Shown here one piece after another: positions 1 to 9,795 of a stretch of 64,000 bases of DNA (the first letter of the stretch is position 1; every line of letters starts with the position of its first letter). Origin of the DNA: Thermodesulfobacteriota bacterium (GTDB taxonomy: Bacteria > Desulfobacterota > Desulfobacteria > Desulfobacterales > SURF-7); the NCBI GenBank assembly GCA_049320885.1, contig JBMORA010000029.1, positions 1 through 64,000 on the forward strand, given 5' to 3'. The position numbers and the translations under genes are program-made. The notes under the pieces were generated by a model. The model worked only from the letters and a program-made list of their open reading frames with translations, made no database searches and was not told where the DNA came from.

Positions 1-2
1 AT

Positions 3-2852
3 GCCCGGCGGCCGCCGGACCTGGGGCAGATGTGCACGGTATATATTGCCGAAGCCGGAGCCGAAGCCCTGAAAGAGGGATTTGAACTGGGGGATATTTT
101 TGCGGGGTTCCAGTACTCGGTCATTCAGAACTACCTGAACCGGGTCATGGGCCAGCGCCACCTGGGGAAAAAGGTGTTTTTCCAGGGCAAACCCGCATCC
201 AGCGAATCCCTTGCCTGGACCCTGGCTGCGGTGACCGGCCGCGACATTGTCGTACCACCCAATCCAGGGGCCATGGGCGCATGGGGTATTGGTTTATGCG
301 TCATTGACGAGATCGGCAAAGAAGGACTGATATCTTTTACCGGTCTGGAATTAAAGGATTTTCTGGGAGCAGAAATCATCGACCGGTCGGAGTTCACCTG
401 TCAGGACAAAAACTGCCGGACCATGTGTCCGATTGAACAGACAACAATCCGGTTCGGAGAAATACAAAAAGTGGCGATTTCCGGTGGGGCCTGCCCCAAA
501 TATGAAATCAGCCGCCAGAACCGTCAAAAGCTGGAACAGGATGCGCCCAATCCGTTTGAACAGCGGGCACTGCTTCTGGGCGCATTCCAATCGCCTGCAT
601 CGCACAAGCCGGCAGTGGCCATTCCCATGACCGGCCCGGTCGGCGGATTTCTGCCGTTTCTGGCAACCCTTGTGACAGAACTCGGCTTCCCGGTACAGGT
701 GCTGCAATCCGATTCCGCTTCTCTGGCCAGGGGAGAACATTTATGCAACAGTTTCGACTCCTGCGGCCCGGTGAAGATCGCCCATTCCATCTGCGACACT
801 GCGGCGCCCTATCTGTTTTTTCCGAAAATCATGAATTTTTATGATCGCAAAGGGCCGGGGGGTATCGCCTGCGTGACCGAACAGGCCATGCCGGAAGTGA
901 TAGAGCAGTCATTGAAAGCCCGTGGCCAAAAGGTTGCCGTGATCCGTCCCCTGCTGAATCTGGAAAAGGGTCTGACCGATGCTTCGGTGGTTCAAAGCCT
1001 CATGATTCTGGTTCAGACCCTGGGTGCAGCTCCGGGCAGGCTTGAGCCTGCGATCCAGAAGGCAGTCGAGGCCCAGCGGCAATTTGAAGCCGCTCTGGAG
1101 GATATTGGTAAAACCGCTCTGGCATATGCAGGCGAGCGCAAGATTCCGGCAGTAGTGGTTTGCGGGTCCCAGCATGTCATCCATGACAAGGCGGCAAATT
1201 CAAAGATTCCGGATATCCTGCGGCAGAACGGCGCCATGGCCATTCCCATGGACTGTTTCCCCATTTTGGAAAATATTCCGGAAATGCGAAAAATTTACTG
1301 GGGGGATGCCAACCGCTATGTGCGGACCGCGCTGACGGCAAAAGAACTGAAAAACGTGTTCCCGCTGATGCTGGCGTCCTTTGGCTGCGGACCGGCATCC
1401 TTTACCGAGCAGGTGTTTCAGTCCCTGCTGGAAGGATATCCCCATACCATTCTGGAGAGTGACGGGCATGGCGGCGCTGCCGGGTTTGTTACCCGGATTC
1501 AGGCATTCTTACAGTCTGTCCGGCAGTATATGGCCGAAGACAATGAAAAATCCCTGCCGGATACTTCCAGCAGGATCGCCTATGTGGAATCAGGCAAGAG
1601 TCGCGGCAACTATCTGGATAAAAATGTCCGGTATGTTTTTTTCAGCAGTGTGGATTATCTGGGCGACATGTTTGCGGCGGTTTACCGTTCCTATGGGTAT
1701 GATGCCGTGTGCGCACCACCCGTGACCCATGAAAATTACCGGCAGGGCCGGCTGGACTGCTCCGGAAAGGAATGCATGTCCTACCAGTTGATCTGGGGAT
1801 CGTTCAAGGAATACCTGGAAACCGTCAAGGCCGGGGAAGCTGCGGGAATCAAGCTGCCTTCGGAAATCCGGCTGATGCAGCTCTCGGGACAGATGTGCCG
1901 GGCCGGCATGTACGGGATCAAGGACAAGCTGTCTGTCGAGCGGATGGGGCTGCAGGGACGGGTATCGGTGGCTTCCTTGCTCATCGCCGGCGGTGCGGGC
2001 ATGGCAGCCCGGTTGACGGCCGGGCTCACCGGAATCGATATCATCCGTCAGTTGTACCTCTATCATATCGCGGTTGAGCCTTCACCTGGCGCGGCAAAAG
2101 AAGCCTATCAGCGATACAGCAAAGCCATTATTGAATTGATCGGACAGCTGTCAAAAGACGGTTTCATCCAGGGGGCAGTCCAGAAAACACTTAACTGGTC
2201 CATGCTTTATAGGCTTATCGAGCAGGCTTGCCTGGAGTTTTATCAGATGGAAAAACAGTTCGCGGGAAAACAGGAATTCCGGACCATTTATGTGTCCGGC
2301 GATGCCATGACCAAAGGCAATGATATTGCCAATTGCGGAATCTATTACCATCTGATCGACCGCAACGTCCGGGTGGTGGCCGAGCCGGTGTTGGATTTTC
2401 TGGAGTATCTGGCAAGAATCCATCCCCATCTGATTTTCGGGCGCAGGGCCTCCCGGCGTCAGCAGTCCATCTATCTGTACGTGATGGTGCTGATCCGGGA
2501 AAGACTGTATAAACTGGCCCGAAAACATCACCCCTGGTTGCCGTCGCCGGACCTGAAATCCGTGCTGCGAAGGTCCTCCGAGATCATCGACCCGAAAACC
2601 CTCGGCGGTTCCGGCTATGCCGTGGGTGGTGTACTGGATCACTGGGAAAAGGAAACCTATGACGGCGTGCTGATGACAAGCTGCTGGGGATGCGACAATT
2701 CCTTGATTGAAGAAAGTCTTCTCCGGCATCACCGGAATATCCCGTTTTTCTTTTTCTATGATGACGGCACTCCGCTGGACATCCGGCGGGTCAACCGGTT
2801 TGCCTACGGTCTTCACCGGCAGGATTCGAAAAGGAAACAGGCGGTTCATTGA
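3..2852 (+). CDS. Acyl-CoA dehydratase activase-related protein (BadF/BcrA-type ATPase end plus DUF2229-like domains), 5'-truncated by the window edge
   Basis: Frame is open from base 3 ([15 protein letters not shown]). Motifs CTVY, VFFQG...[23 protein letters not shown]...[33 protein letters not shown] and SGKECM are typical of fused activase proteins. Confidence 0.8.
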   Translation, partial: ARRPPDLGQMCTVYIAEAGAEALKEGFELGDIFAGFQYSVIQNYLNRVMGQRHLGKKVFFQGKPASSESLAWTLAAVTGRDIVVPPNPGAMGAWGIGLCVIDEIGKEGLISFTGLELKDFLGAEIIDRSEFTCQDKNCRTMCPIEQTTIRFGEIQKVAISGGACPKYEISRQNRQKLEQDAPNPFEQRALLLGAFQSPASHKPAVAIPMTGPVGGFLPFLATLVTELGFPVQVLQSDSASLARGEHLCNSFDSCGPVKIAHSICDTAAPYLFFPKIMNFYDRKGPGGIACVTEQAMPEVIEQSLKARGQKVAVIRPLLNLEKGLTDASVVQSLMILVQTLGAAPGRLEPAIQKAVEAQRQFEAALEDIGKTALAYAGERKIPAVVVCGSQHVIHDKAANSKIPDILRQNGAMAIPMDCFPILENIPEMRKIYWGDANRYVRTALTAKELKNVFPLMLASFGCGPASFTEQVFQSLLEGYPHTILESDGHGGAAGFVTRIQAFLQSVRQYMAEDNEKSLPDTSSRIAYVESGKSRGNYLDKNVRYVFFSSVDYLGDMFAAVYRSYGYDAVCAPPVTHENYRQGRLDCSGKECMSYQLIWGSFKEYLETVKAGEAAGIKLPSEIRLMQLSGQMCRAGMYGIKDKLSVERMGLQGRVSVASLLIAGGAGMAARLTAGLTGIDIIRQLYLYHIAVEPSPGAAKEAYQRYSKAIIELIGQLSKDGFIQGAVQKTLNWSMLYRLIEQACLEFYQMEKQFAGKQEFRTIYVSGDAMTKGNDIANCGIYYHLIDRNVRVVAEPVLDFLEYLARIHPHLIFGRRASRRQQSIYLYVMVLIRERLYKLARKHHPWLPSPDLKSVLRRSSEIIDPKTLGGSGYAVGGVLDHWEKETYDGVLMTSCWGCDNSLIEESLLRHHRNIPFFFFYDDGTPLDIRRVNRFAYGLHRQDSKRKQAVH

Positions 2853-3177
2853 AGCATACGGGTTGTCTGCGCAAGACGGAAATACCGGGAAGTAGTCGCC
2901 TGAGGGCTGGATGATGGCCGACGTTACTATACATCAACTATACACAATGGATTTTCAACACGTCTCTAAAATTTGGTATGGAATTAAGGTAAATTTTCTT
3001 GTGAGTTTCAGGAAACACCAAATTGGTTACTTCCGTCTCGGGTCGGTTTCCCTTCTGGATTTGGTTGTCGGAAATTGACTTGACCGCATAGTCAATTCGA
3101 TGGTATGGGTCGGGAAAACAAGCGGAATCGAGGCGGCAGTCCTCGATTGGCCCAACCCTTCGCACGGAGTCCGACGC

Positions 3178-4218
3178 ATGTTCCTCGAAAACCATCGCCT
3201 CTCCCATCTTCCGCCGGCGGAATTTCCCCGGCTGACGGTTCTGGAGGACAAGTGCAGCGGCTGCGGCCGCTGCGTGCAATCCTGTCCCATCCAGCTGCTG
3301 ACCGTCGAGAACGGCAAAATGCGCGACAACCGGCGATACGACTGGTTCCGCTGCATTGCCTGTGAGAACTGCGTGGCGGTTTGCCCCCAGCAGGCGATCC
3401 GTATTGATGGCGGTTATCGGGTGCCGGCCGGCTATTGGAAAAACGATCACCTGTTTTCCGGGGGAAAGGTCCGGCCAAAACCCGTTGCTATCCAAAACGG
3501 AGGAGAGTTCGAAGCCTTTGAAACGGAACTGACGGAAACGGAAAAAATCATTTACCGGCGAAGAAGCGTGCGGCTGTACAAGCGCACCCAGGTTCCGAAG
3601 GACCTGGTGACAAGAATCCTGGAAGCGGGGCGGTTCGCGCCGTCCGCCGGCAACAACCAGCCCTGGAAATTCATCGTCATTCAAAACCGGGCCCTGATCG
3701 ATGAAATGGATTGGAAGATCAAGCAGTTCTGCCGGATCGTCATGCTCGGGACCATGCCGCTGCCCTGGGTAAAAGGCAAGGAATCCCCGGACCGCCATGC
3801 CCGTCCCGCTTTCTGGCAGAAAGCCCTGTATCAACTGTTGCTGCGGGTGAGGGGCCCCAATGAGCTGGACCAAAGGGCCCTGGGAGGCATCAACGCCATC
3901 GTGGCCGATCCGGGATACCATACCTTTTTCCATGCCCCGACCGTCATCCTGCTGCTGGCGGACCGGCGGGGCATCGGCTCCGTTGATCTGGACACCGGAA
4001 TCTGCGGTCAGAATATCGTCCTGGCCGCCCATGCCCTCGGTCTGGGCACCTGCTACGTCAGCCTGATCGACGGCCTCCAGGCCTTCCCGATCTTCAAACG
4101 CAAAATCGGGGTCCGGCCGCCGTTTCACATCGTGACGTCCCTTACCCTCGGCTATCCCCTGGGCCAGGTGGACAGGGTCGTGGAGCGCGAACAATTACGC
4201 GTCGAATGGATCGACTGA
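3178..4218 (+). CDS. Nitroreductase family protein with N-terminal 2x[4Fe-4S] ferredoxin domain
   Basis: CSGCGRCVQSCP and CIACENCVAVCP, then RRSVRLY, APSAGNNQPWKF and LAAHALGLGTC. Start moved to ATG 3178, which has GGAG upstream. Confidence 0.9.
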   Translation: MFLENHRLSHLPPAEFPRLTVLEDKCSGCGRCVQSCPIQLLTVENGKMRDNRRYDWFRCIACENCVAVCPQQAIRIDGGYRVPAGYWKNDHLFSGGKVRPKPVAIQNGGEFEAFETELTETEKIIYRRRSVRLYKRTQVPKDLVTRILEAGRFAPSAGNNQPWKFIVIQNRALIDEMDWKIKQFCRIVMLGTMPLPWVKGKESPDRHARPAFWQKALYQLLLRVRGPNELDQRALGGINAIVADPGYHTFFHAPTVILLLADRRGIGSVDLDTGICGQNIVLAAHALGLGTCYVSLIDGLQAFPIFKRKIGVRPPFHIVTSLTLGYPLGQVDRVVEREQLRVEWID

Positions 4219-4353
4219 GGGTGGTGGTTGATAGAAGGGTCCGCGAACAATTGCCGCATCGTTACAGCGGGGGTTGGGAGAATTTCTCAATATCGATAAA
4301 TTTCCGGGTTCCGGTGTATGGTTTGGTTTCGTAACGCGTGATGTTCATCGTCA

Positions 4354-6657
4354 TCATGGCTGCCAATCCTGATCGTTATGCGATGGATCCAAACGATTCT
4401 TCCCATGGGTATGATCCAGGGCTTTCCGGATCGCCATGGCCAATTCCCGCTGGGTGATGGGTTTATCCAGATATTGGGTTACTCCGAACCGGGCGGCGGT
4501 GGATGCATCCACTTTCTCACTGAAGCCGGTACACAGGATGATCGGCAGATCGGAGCGTATGGCGAGCAGCTCGGCGGTCAGTTGCAGACCGTTCATCCCC
4601 GGCATGAGCATGTCCGTGATCACGAGGTCGAAAGATCGCGGCCTCTCGCTGAACATTCGCAGGGCTTCGCATGGATCCGTCACCGTCCGAATCCGGTATC
4701 CGAGATGGCCGATGGCTTTCATGCTGATGTCGACGATGGATTCCTCATCATCCACCAGCAGAATGCTTTCATTTCCTCTCGGAAGTTCGATCTCGTTTTC
4801 ATCCAATTGATCGGGAGCGGCTTCAACCGACGGCAGTAAAATCTCGAAAACGGCGCCTTCCCCGAGTTTGCTGGAAACCGATATGTGGCCTTCATGATTC
4901 TTGACAATGCCATGAACCACGGCAAGACCCATGCCCGACCCCTTGCCGGTCTCCTTCGTGGTGAAGTAGGGGTCGAAAATTTTCTCCAGCACCTCCGGAT
5001 GAATGCCGGCGCCGGTATCGGCTATGGAGATGCGGACATATTTTCCAGGCTTCAGTTCCGGGTATTGAGGCGCCAGCGCTTCGGCGGTGTCCACTTTCCG
5101 CAGACTGATTTCCAGTTTCCCGCCTCTCTCCTCCATGGCGTGGGCCGAATTCGTGCAAAGATTGATCAGGACCTGATGAATCTGGGTGGGATCGGCGACC
5201 ACCGGAGGAATATCATCCGGTGCGTCCAGGACAAAGAAAATGTTTTTGGGAATGGAGGCCTTCAACAAGGAGAGGGTTTCCTTTACGATTCTCACCAGAT
5301 CCGTCGGAAGCCGGTTCTGTTCTGTTTTCCGGCTGAAGCTGAGGATTTGCCGCACGACATCCTTGGCGCGCATGACGGCGGTTTTGATCTCTTGGAGGAA
5401 TTTGCGGGTGGGGCTCCAGTCCGGGAGATCATCGATGGCCAATTCCGTGTTGCCGAGAATAATTCCCAGAATATTATTGAAGTCATGCGCAATGCCGCCC
5501 GCCAGCCGACCGATGGATTCCATTTTATGTGACTGCCGGAGCTGGGATTCGAGCTTTTTGCGTTCGCTGATGTCGAAACTCACACCCAGGGCCGCGTACA
5601 TGGTTCCGTTTTCCGCCAACAGCGGATAGGTGGAAAACAAGGCGGGAAATGTTTCGCCGGATTTCCGCACCAGGACGGTTTCACCCGAAAACCCCTGGGC
5701 ACCCTCGCGCATTTTGCGATGAATTTCCGGAAATCTGGCCACGTCCTCGGGGATGTGGAGAACCGACACGGTTCTTCCCACCATTTCGTCACGCCTGTAT
5801 CCGAAAATGGTTTCCGCGCCTGGACTGAATTCGAGAACCGTCGGATCCGGATCCCCCGCGTCCGTCACAATGAAGGAAACGTTATCCGCTGATTTGAAAA
5901 TCGCCTTGATGCGCTCCTCGCTGTTTCGAAGATCGATATTGGCTTGTGTAAGGGCGTTGAAGGAATTGTTCAGGTTCGCCTGCATGATGTTGAACGCGTT
6001 TGCCAGCTGATCCAGCTCGTCGGGTGCGTCGTCGTTTTTCCGCGCCCTTCGGATGGCGAACGGTTTGGTGAAATGGTCGACATCCATGGTTTTTGCCCAG
6101 GCGGCCATATGAACAAGGTGTTTTCCGATCAGAATGTAGAAGAGAAAGAAAATGAAAATGGAAACCAGAAACGTGTTGATGGATTGTGTCGCAAGGATGA
6201 TCAGAATGCGGTCCATCAGCCTATCATGGATGCCGGACAGGCTGGCGACGATCCGCAGCGTGCCAAGGGGTATGCTTTCTCGGCGAAACGTTTGGGAAAG
6301 CGGGAAGCCGCGGGTGATGATGTCGGCCGAGGGCTTTGTGCCCAAGGAATGAATCGGCCGGCCGTCGACCTCGATGGCGACATAAGCGATATTGGGCAGA
6401 CGCAGCAGGCCCTGAAGCTGGGTTTTCAGCAATTCCTCATCCGTCACCCAGAGACTTTTCGTGATGCTTTCAAGGTGGCTCGATCGGATTTGCCGGAAGG
6501 TCTGGTAAATGGAGTCGATATCACGGGCGTAGTCCACATGGAGCTGGAGAAAGGTTCCCAGGGCGGTGACCACGGTGCTGAACAACAGAATGTAGAGGAT
6601 GAATTTGCGTCCGATGCTTCGATTTCTCACGGGAGTGTGGGCGCCGACATCATTCAT
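4354..6657 (-). CDS. Membrane hybrid sensor histidine kinase (HAMP-PAS-HisKA-HATPase-REC)
   Basis: Two TM segments, DELDQLA HAMP-like region, PAS, H-box GIAHDFNNIL, QVLINL, DTGAG, FTTK..GSGMGL, and a receiver domain LLVDDE...ITDMLMP...KP. Confidence 0.92.
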   Translation of the reverse strand: MNDVGAHTPVRNRSIGRKFILYILLFSTVVTALGTFLQLHVDYARDIDSIYQTFRQIRSSHLESITKSLWVTDEELLKTQLQGLLRLPNIAYVAIEVDGRPIHSLGTKPSADIITRGFPLSQTFRRESIPLGTLRIVASLSGIHDRLMDRILIILATQSINTFLVSIFIFFLFYILIGKHLVHMAAWAKTMDVDHFTKPFAIRRARKNDDAPDELDQLANAFNIMQANLNNSFNALTQANIDLRNSEERIKAIFKSADNVSFIVTDAGDPDPTVLEFSPGAETIFGYRRDEMVGRTVSVLHIPEDVARFPEIHRKMREGAQGFSGETVLVRKSGETFPALFSTYPLLAENGTMYAALGVSFDISERKKLESQLRQSHKMESIGRLAGGIAHDFNNILGIILGNTELAIDDLPDWSPTRKFLQEIKTAVMRAKDVVRQILSFSRKTEQNRLPTDLVRIVKETLSLLKASIPKNIFFVLDAPDDIPPVVADPTQIHQVLINLCTNSAHAMEERGGKLEISLRKVDTAEALAPQYPELKPGKYVRISIADTGAGIHPEVLEKIFDPYFTTKETGKGSGMGLAVVHGIVKNHEGHISVSSKLGEGAVFEILLPSVEAAPDQLDENEIELPRGNESILLVDDEESIVDISMKAIGHLGYRIRTVTDPCEALRMFSERPRSFDLVITDMLMPGMNGLQLTAELLAIRSDLPIILCTGFSEKVDASTAARFGVTQYLDKPITQRELAMAIRKALDHTHGKNRLDPSHNDQDWQP

Positions 6658-7438
6658 GGTGCATTTCCAGGAGTAGGGGGGCGATGGTTTGACTGGCGAT
6701 CCGTTCGTAAGCCCCGTCTTTTTTCATGTCCATCAGGGCCGCGCACAACCGGCGGACAAGGCCGTCATGGCGCTTGTGCAGATAGAGGAACATTTCCCGG
6801 ATTTCCAGAGGGGGCTCCAGAACCATTACGTTTTTTATCCCGGCCTGCTTCATGATCTCATAGCCTTCCAACCGCGAATAGACGATGACGTCGGCCCGGT
6901 CTTTTTCCAACAGGGTGAAGAGCAGATTCTGATCCCGGACTCTCGTGAGGGATACGGCTCCCGCCAGGTTTTTTTCCAGCAACTTCCAACCCCGGACGAT
7001 TCCGACATGATGAGTCTTGCACTCCTCCCAGCTTTTTATCCGGATTTTTTTCTTTTTGGTAAAGCCTACGAATTCGAAGTCTGCGATTTTTTCAGGGACC
7101 TGCACCAGCTCCGGGTACCAGGCCTCCAGGCCGGAGATCCGGACAAAATCGCCGTCCGTGATTCCGGCGTTGGCATTGGCCAAGGATCTTTCGGCCGGCA
7201 GGTGGATGATTTCCACCCGGTGGATGCCGATTCGATGGAAGGCTTCAATTACAATCCGGTCATACAATCCGGTCTGGTTCCTGGTCGAAAGGGGGGGGCC
7301 GGCGAAGGTGCTCAGAACAATGGAAGTGCCTTGCGGATCCTGGGAATAGGCTGTCCCCATCTGGATGAATACAAACAGCGCAACCAGGAATCGTATGGAG
7401 TTGCTCTGGTTGTGGAATGCATGACTCATCCGCGGCAT
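6650..7438 (-). CDS. Periplasmic substrate-binding protein (family 3-like), probable ligand input for the adjacent kinase
   Basis: Signal peptide (IRFLVALFVFIQMGTAYS), LPAERSL, VGIVRGW, LLEKDRADV, MKKDGAYERI. Its stop overlaps the kinase start. The start is 7438 or 7429, not 7702, given the promoter position. Confidence 0.8.
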   Translation of the reverse strand: MPRMSHAFHNQSNSIRFLVALFVFIQMGTAYSQDPQGTSIVLSTFAGPPLSTRNQTGLYDRIVIEAFHRIGIHRVEIIHLPAERSLANANAGITDGDFVRISGLEAWYPELVQVPEKIADFEFVGFTKKKKIRIKSWEECKTHHVGIVRGWKLLEKNLAGAVSLTRVRDQNLLFTLLEKDRADVIVYSRLEGYEIMKQAGIKNVMVLEPPLEIREMFLYLHKRHDGLVRRLCAALMDMKKDGAYERIASQTIAPLLLEMHHE

Positions 7439-7498
7439 CCATAGAGAACAGTATGAAATCCATCCGGCAAGGAAAAAATTGAACCTGTTGCATTTTGG

Positions 7499-7528
7499 AA
7501 TATATCCTACTATATCGAGACATGTCAA
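7499..7528 (-). promoter_or_regulatory. Putative sigma70 promoter for the SBP-kinase operon
   Basis: Minus strand TTGACA (7528-7523), 18-bp spacer, TATATT (7504-7499). Confidence 0.5.
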
Positions 7529-7604
7529 TTTTTTGAAAACCCGGTCCGTCATTTGGCTCCCTGGCTTGAGGGGAACGCCGTCCGGACGATCGGAATAACG
7601 GAAA

Positions 7605-8543
7605 ATGGAGCAAAAAAAAATGATGGATGCTGTTTCCGCAGGCAGCAGGAAAAGCGGCTCGAGCGGATGGCTTTTTCTGTGCGGCTGCTTCTGCCTGTCC
7701 ATGACAACGGCGTGTATCCGGCTGGATTTGCAGACCAGCTCCGGTTCCGGAATGCGGGAGACGTCCCCGTCGGCGGAAGTATTTCACGGAGAAATCCCGG
7801 GGAAACTGGTCACGGAAGCGAATGCCACCGTCAAGGACATGGTCATGCGCACCCAGTTGATCCGGGAGGTGGCCGCGATCTCGCAGCCGGCGGTGGTAAG
7901 TGTCTATGCCCAGACCACCACGGCATACCGTATTCATCTCCTGCCGATTCCATTGCCCGGAACCGGAGTTCCCGTGAAGGTTCCCGGCGTCGGGCTCGGA
8001 TCGGGTTTTTTTATTCATCCGGCGGGTTATTTCCTGACCAACAACCATGTCATCGAACGTGCGGAAACCATCAAAGTCCTCACCCAGGACGGCACGGATT
8101 ATGAAGTCCAGATCGTTGCGCGTGATCCGGTTTATGACCTTGCCCTGTTGAAAGTGAAAAACCCGAAGAAGAAATTTCCTGTCTTGTCCATGGGGGATTC
8201 CGGCGCCGTGGATGCCGGAGAAATGGTGATCGCGGTGGGGAATCCGCTCGGACTGGGACACACCGTGACGGCCGGCATCATCAGTCATACGGGGCGCCAG
8301 TTAACCGGCAAACCGGAAAAAAACGAACGGCGGATTCAGTACATCCAGACGGATGCGGCCATCAATCCCGGCTCTTCCGGCGGTCCCCTGATCACCCTGA
8401 CCGGCGCCTGGATCGGCGTGAACACGGCGGGAGCCCAGGAGAGCCAGGGAATCGGATTCGCCGTGCCCAGCGCGCAGGTCAAGGAATTCCTGAACTCGAT
8501 CAGGAGCGGAGGAGTACAGCCAAAGCCCAAAGCCGCTCCCTAA
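7605..8543 (+). CDS. Trypsin-like (HtrA/S1C) serine protease without PDZ domain, possible lipoprotein
   Basis: Catalytic triad motifs TNNHV, YDLALL and INPGSSGGPL. The protein ends right after the protease domain. TTAC is a possible lipobox. Confidence 0.88.
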   Translation: MEQKKMMDAVSAGSRKSGSSGWLFLCGCFCLSMTTACIRLDLQTSSGSGMRETSPSAEVFHGEIPGKLVTEANATVKDMVMRTQLIREVAAISQPAVVSVYAQTTTAYRIHLLPIPLPGTGVPVKVPGVGLGSGFFIHPAGYFLTNNHVIERAETIKVLTQDGTDYEVQIVARDPVYDLALLKVKNPKKKFPVLSMGDSGAVDAGEMVIAVGNPLGLGHTVTAGIISHTGRQLTGKPEKNERRIQYIQTDAAINPGSSGGPLITLTGAWIGVNTAGAQESQGIGFAVPSAQVKEFLNSIRSGGVQPKPKAAP

Positions 8544-8764
8544 GCGGTTTTCCCGGAAAAGATCCGGGTGCGAAGAAGCCTCGCCGCTCCATATTTTCCG
8601 GTGCAACTTTACCAGGGCGAATAAAAACATCTTGAAATTTGCGGGGAATTTTGTAATTTATAGAACATTGCATGATGACGGGATTGATGCTAACGGTTTT
8701 GTATTCGGAATGGGCGATCCCCCGGGAAAAGTCGAAAACCACTTATCAGAGAGGAGAGCAGTGA

Positions 8765-9058
8765 ATGGCAAATCAGCTTGAAAAAGGACTCGGCGCTATC
8801 AAAAAGGAAATCAAGTCCATCATGGATCGGCTGGAAAAATTCGTTAAAGAGATTGCGAAGTCCACCGACTCGAAATCCGCTAAAAAATCGGCAACCAAAA
8901 AATCCGGCAAGAAAGCCGCTCCTGCAAAGAAGGGCGCCGCGACCGCCAAGAAAAAAGTGACGGCGAAGAAAAAAACCACGGCCGTGAAAGCAAAACCGAA
9001 AAAGAAAGCCGCCCCAAAGAAAAAAGAAGCTCCCGCGGAAACCCCTGCCGCCGAATAG
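8765..9058 (+). CDS. Lys/Ala-rich histone H1-like protein
   Basis: Strong RBS (GAGGAG), N-terminal amphipathic helix, then a KKSATKK/KKAAPAKK low-complexity tail. Confidence 0.7.
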   Translation: MANQLEKGLGAIKKEIKSIMDRLEKFVKEIAKSTDSKSAKKSATKKSGKKAAPAKKGAATAKKKVTAKKKTTAVKAKPKKKAAPKKKEAPAETPAAE

Positions 9059-9165
9059 GGAAAATCGGAGGTAGCGGCATCAGCCGTTCGATCCGGAGAA
9101 CGGTTGACCGGCGTGAAAAACCTTGGCGCCGGGAAGTTTCAGTGGAACGGAATCGATTCGAGGCA

Positions 9166-9199
9166 CAAAATCCGAAACCCATCCCGGTTTCGGATTTTG
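9166..9199 (+). terminator. Perfect 14-bp inverted repeat; probable terminator or stem-loop after the histone-like gene
   Basis: CAAAATCCGAAACC-CATCCC-GGTTTCGGATTTTG. Confidence 0.55.
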
Positions 9200-9279
9200 G
9201 CGTTTGAATGGCCGGGGATGATCCGAAGGATCGCCCCAGGCAGCATGTCGTAAAAGAGGCTCGCAAGGGGAGTAGACAG

Positions 9280-9783
9280 ATGGAAAAAACCGATCTGACC
9301 GTTCTCGTGGTGGAAGACGATGAAGCCATTCAGACCATGTATTCCCTTTCTCTGAAAAAGAGGTTCACGAATGTATTGATCGCCCGGGACGGACTGGAAG
9401 GCTGGGAGCTTTTCCTGCGGGAAAAGAATGCCGGCAGAGTCATACCGGTCGTTGTCACCGACGCCATGATGCCGCGCATGGATGGGCCGGAACTGATGTC
9501 CAACATATTGAAAGTCAGCCCGGCGACCCAGATCATCATCATCAGCGGATATTATAAAAGCAGCATTTCCATCCATTCCGCCCGGGAGAATGTCATGTAT
9601 CTGCCCAAACCTCTCGATGTGATGCTGCTGAATATCGCCGTCATGAAGGCCTTCAGTCACTATCCCCAGGCATTGTGGCTGGAGCGCTTGAAAGCGGAGG
9701 TTCAGGATCCGTATTTCAATGAGGAAGCCGTTCTCGCCATCGTCCGGGAAGCTCCCTGGCTGAGGAGCGAAGATCAATCGTAA
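9280..9783 (+). CDS. Stand-alone response regulator (REC domain plus short helical tail)
   Basis: VLVVEDD, VVTDAMMPRMDG, IIIISG, YLPKP. ATG 9280 follows GGGGAG. Confidence 0.85.
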   Translation: MEKTDLTVLVVEDDEAIQTMYSLSLKKRFTNVLIARDGLEGWELFLREKNAGRVIPVVVTDAMMPRMDGPELMSNILKVSPATQIIIISGYYKSSISIHSARENVMYLPKPLDVMLLNIAVMKAFSHYPQALWLERLKAEVQDPYFNEEAVLAIVREAPWLRSEDQS

Positions 9784-9795
9784 TACCGGTTCTTC

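Noticed and set aside
2938..4194. 418-aa minus-strand ORF
   Set aside because: Antisense shadow of the ferredoxin-nitroreductase gene, with no recognisable motifs.
7439..7702. N-terminal extension of the SBP ORF
   Set aside because: It overlaps the divergent protease gene and the predicted promoter, and the signal peptide begins later.
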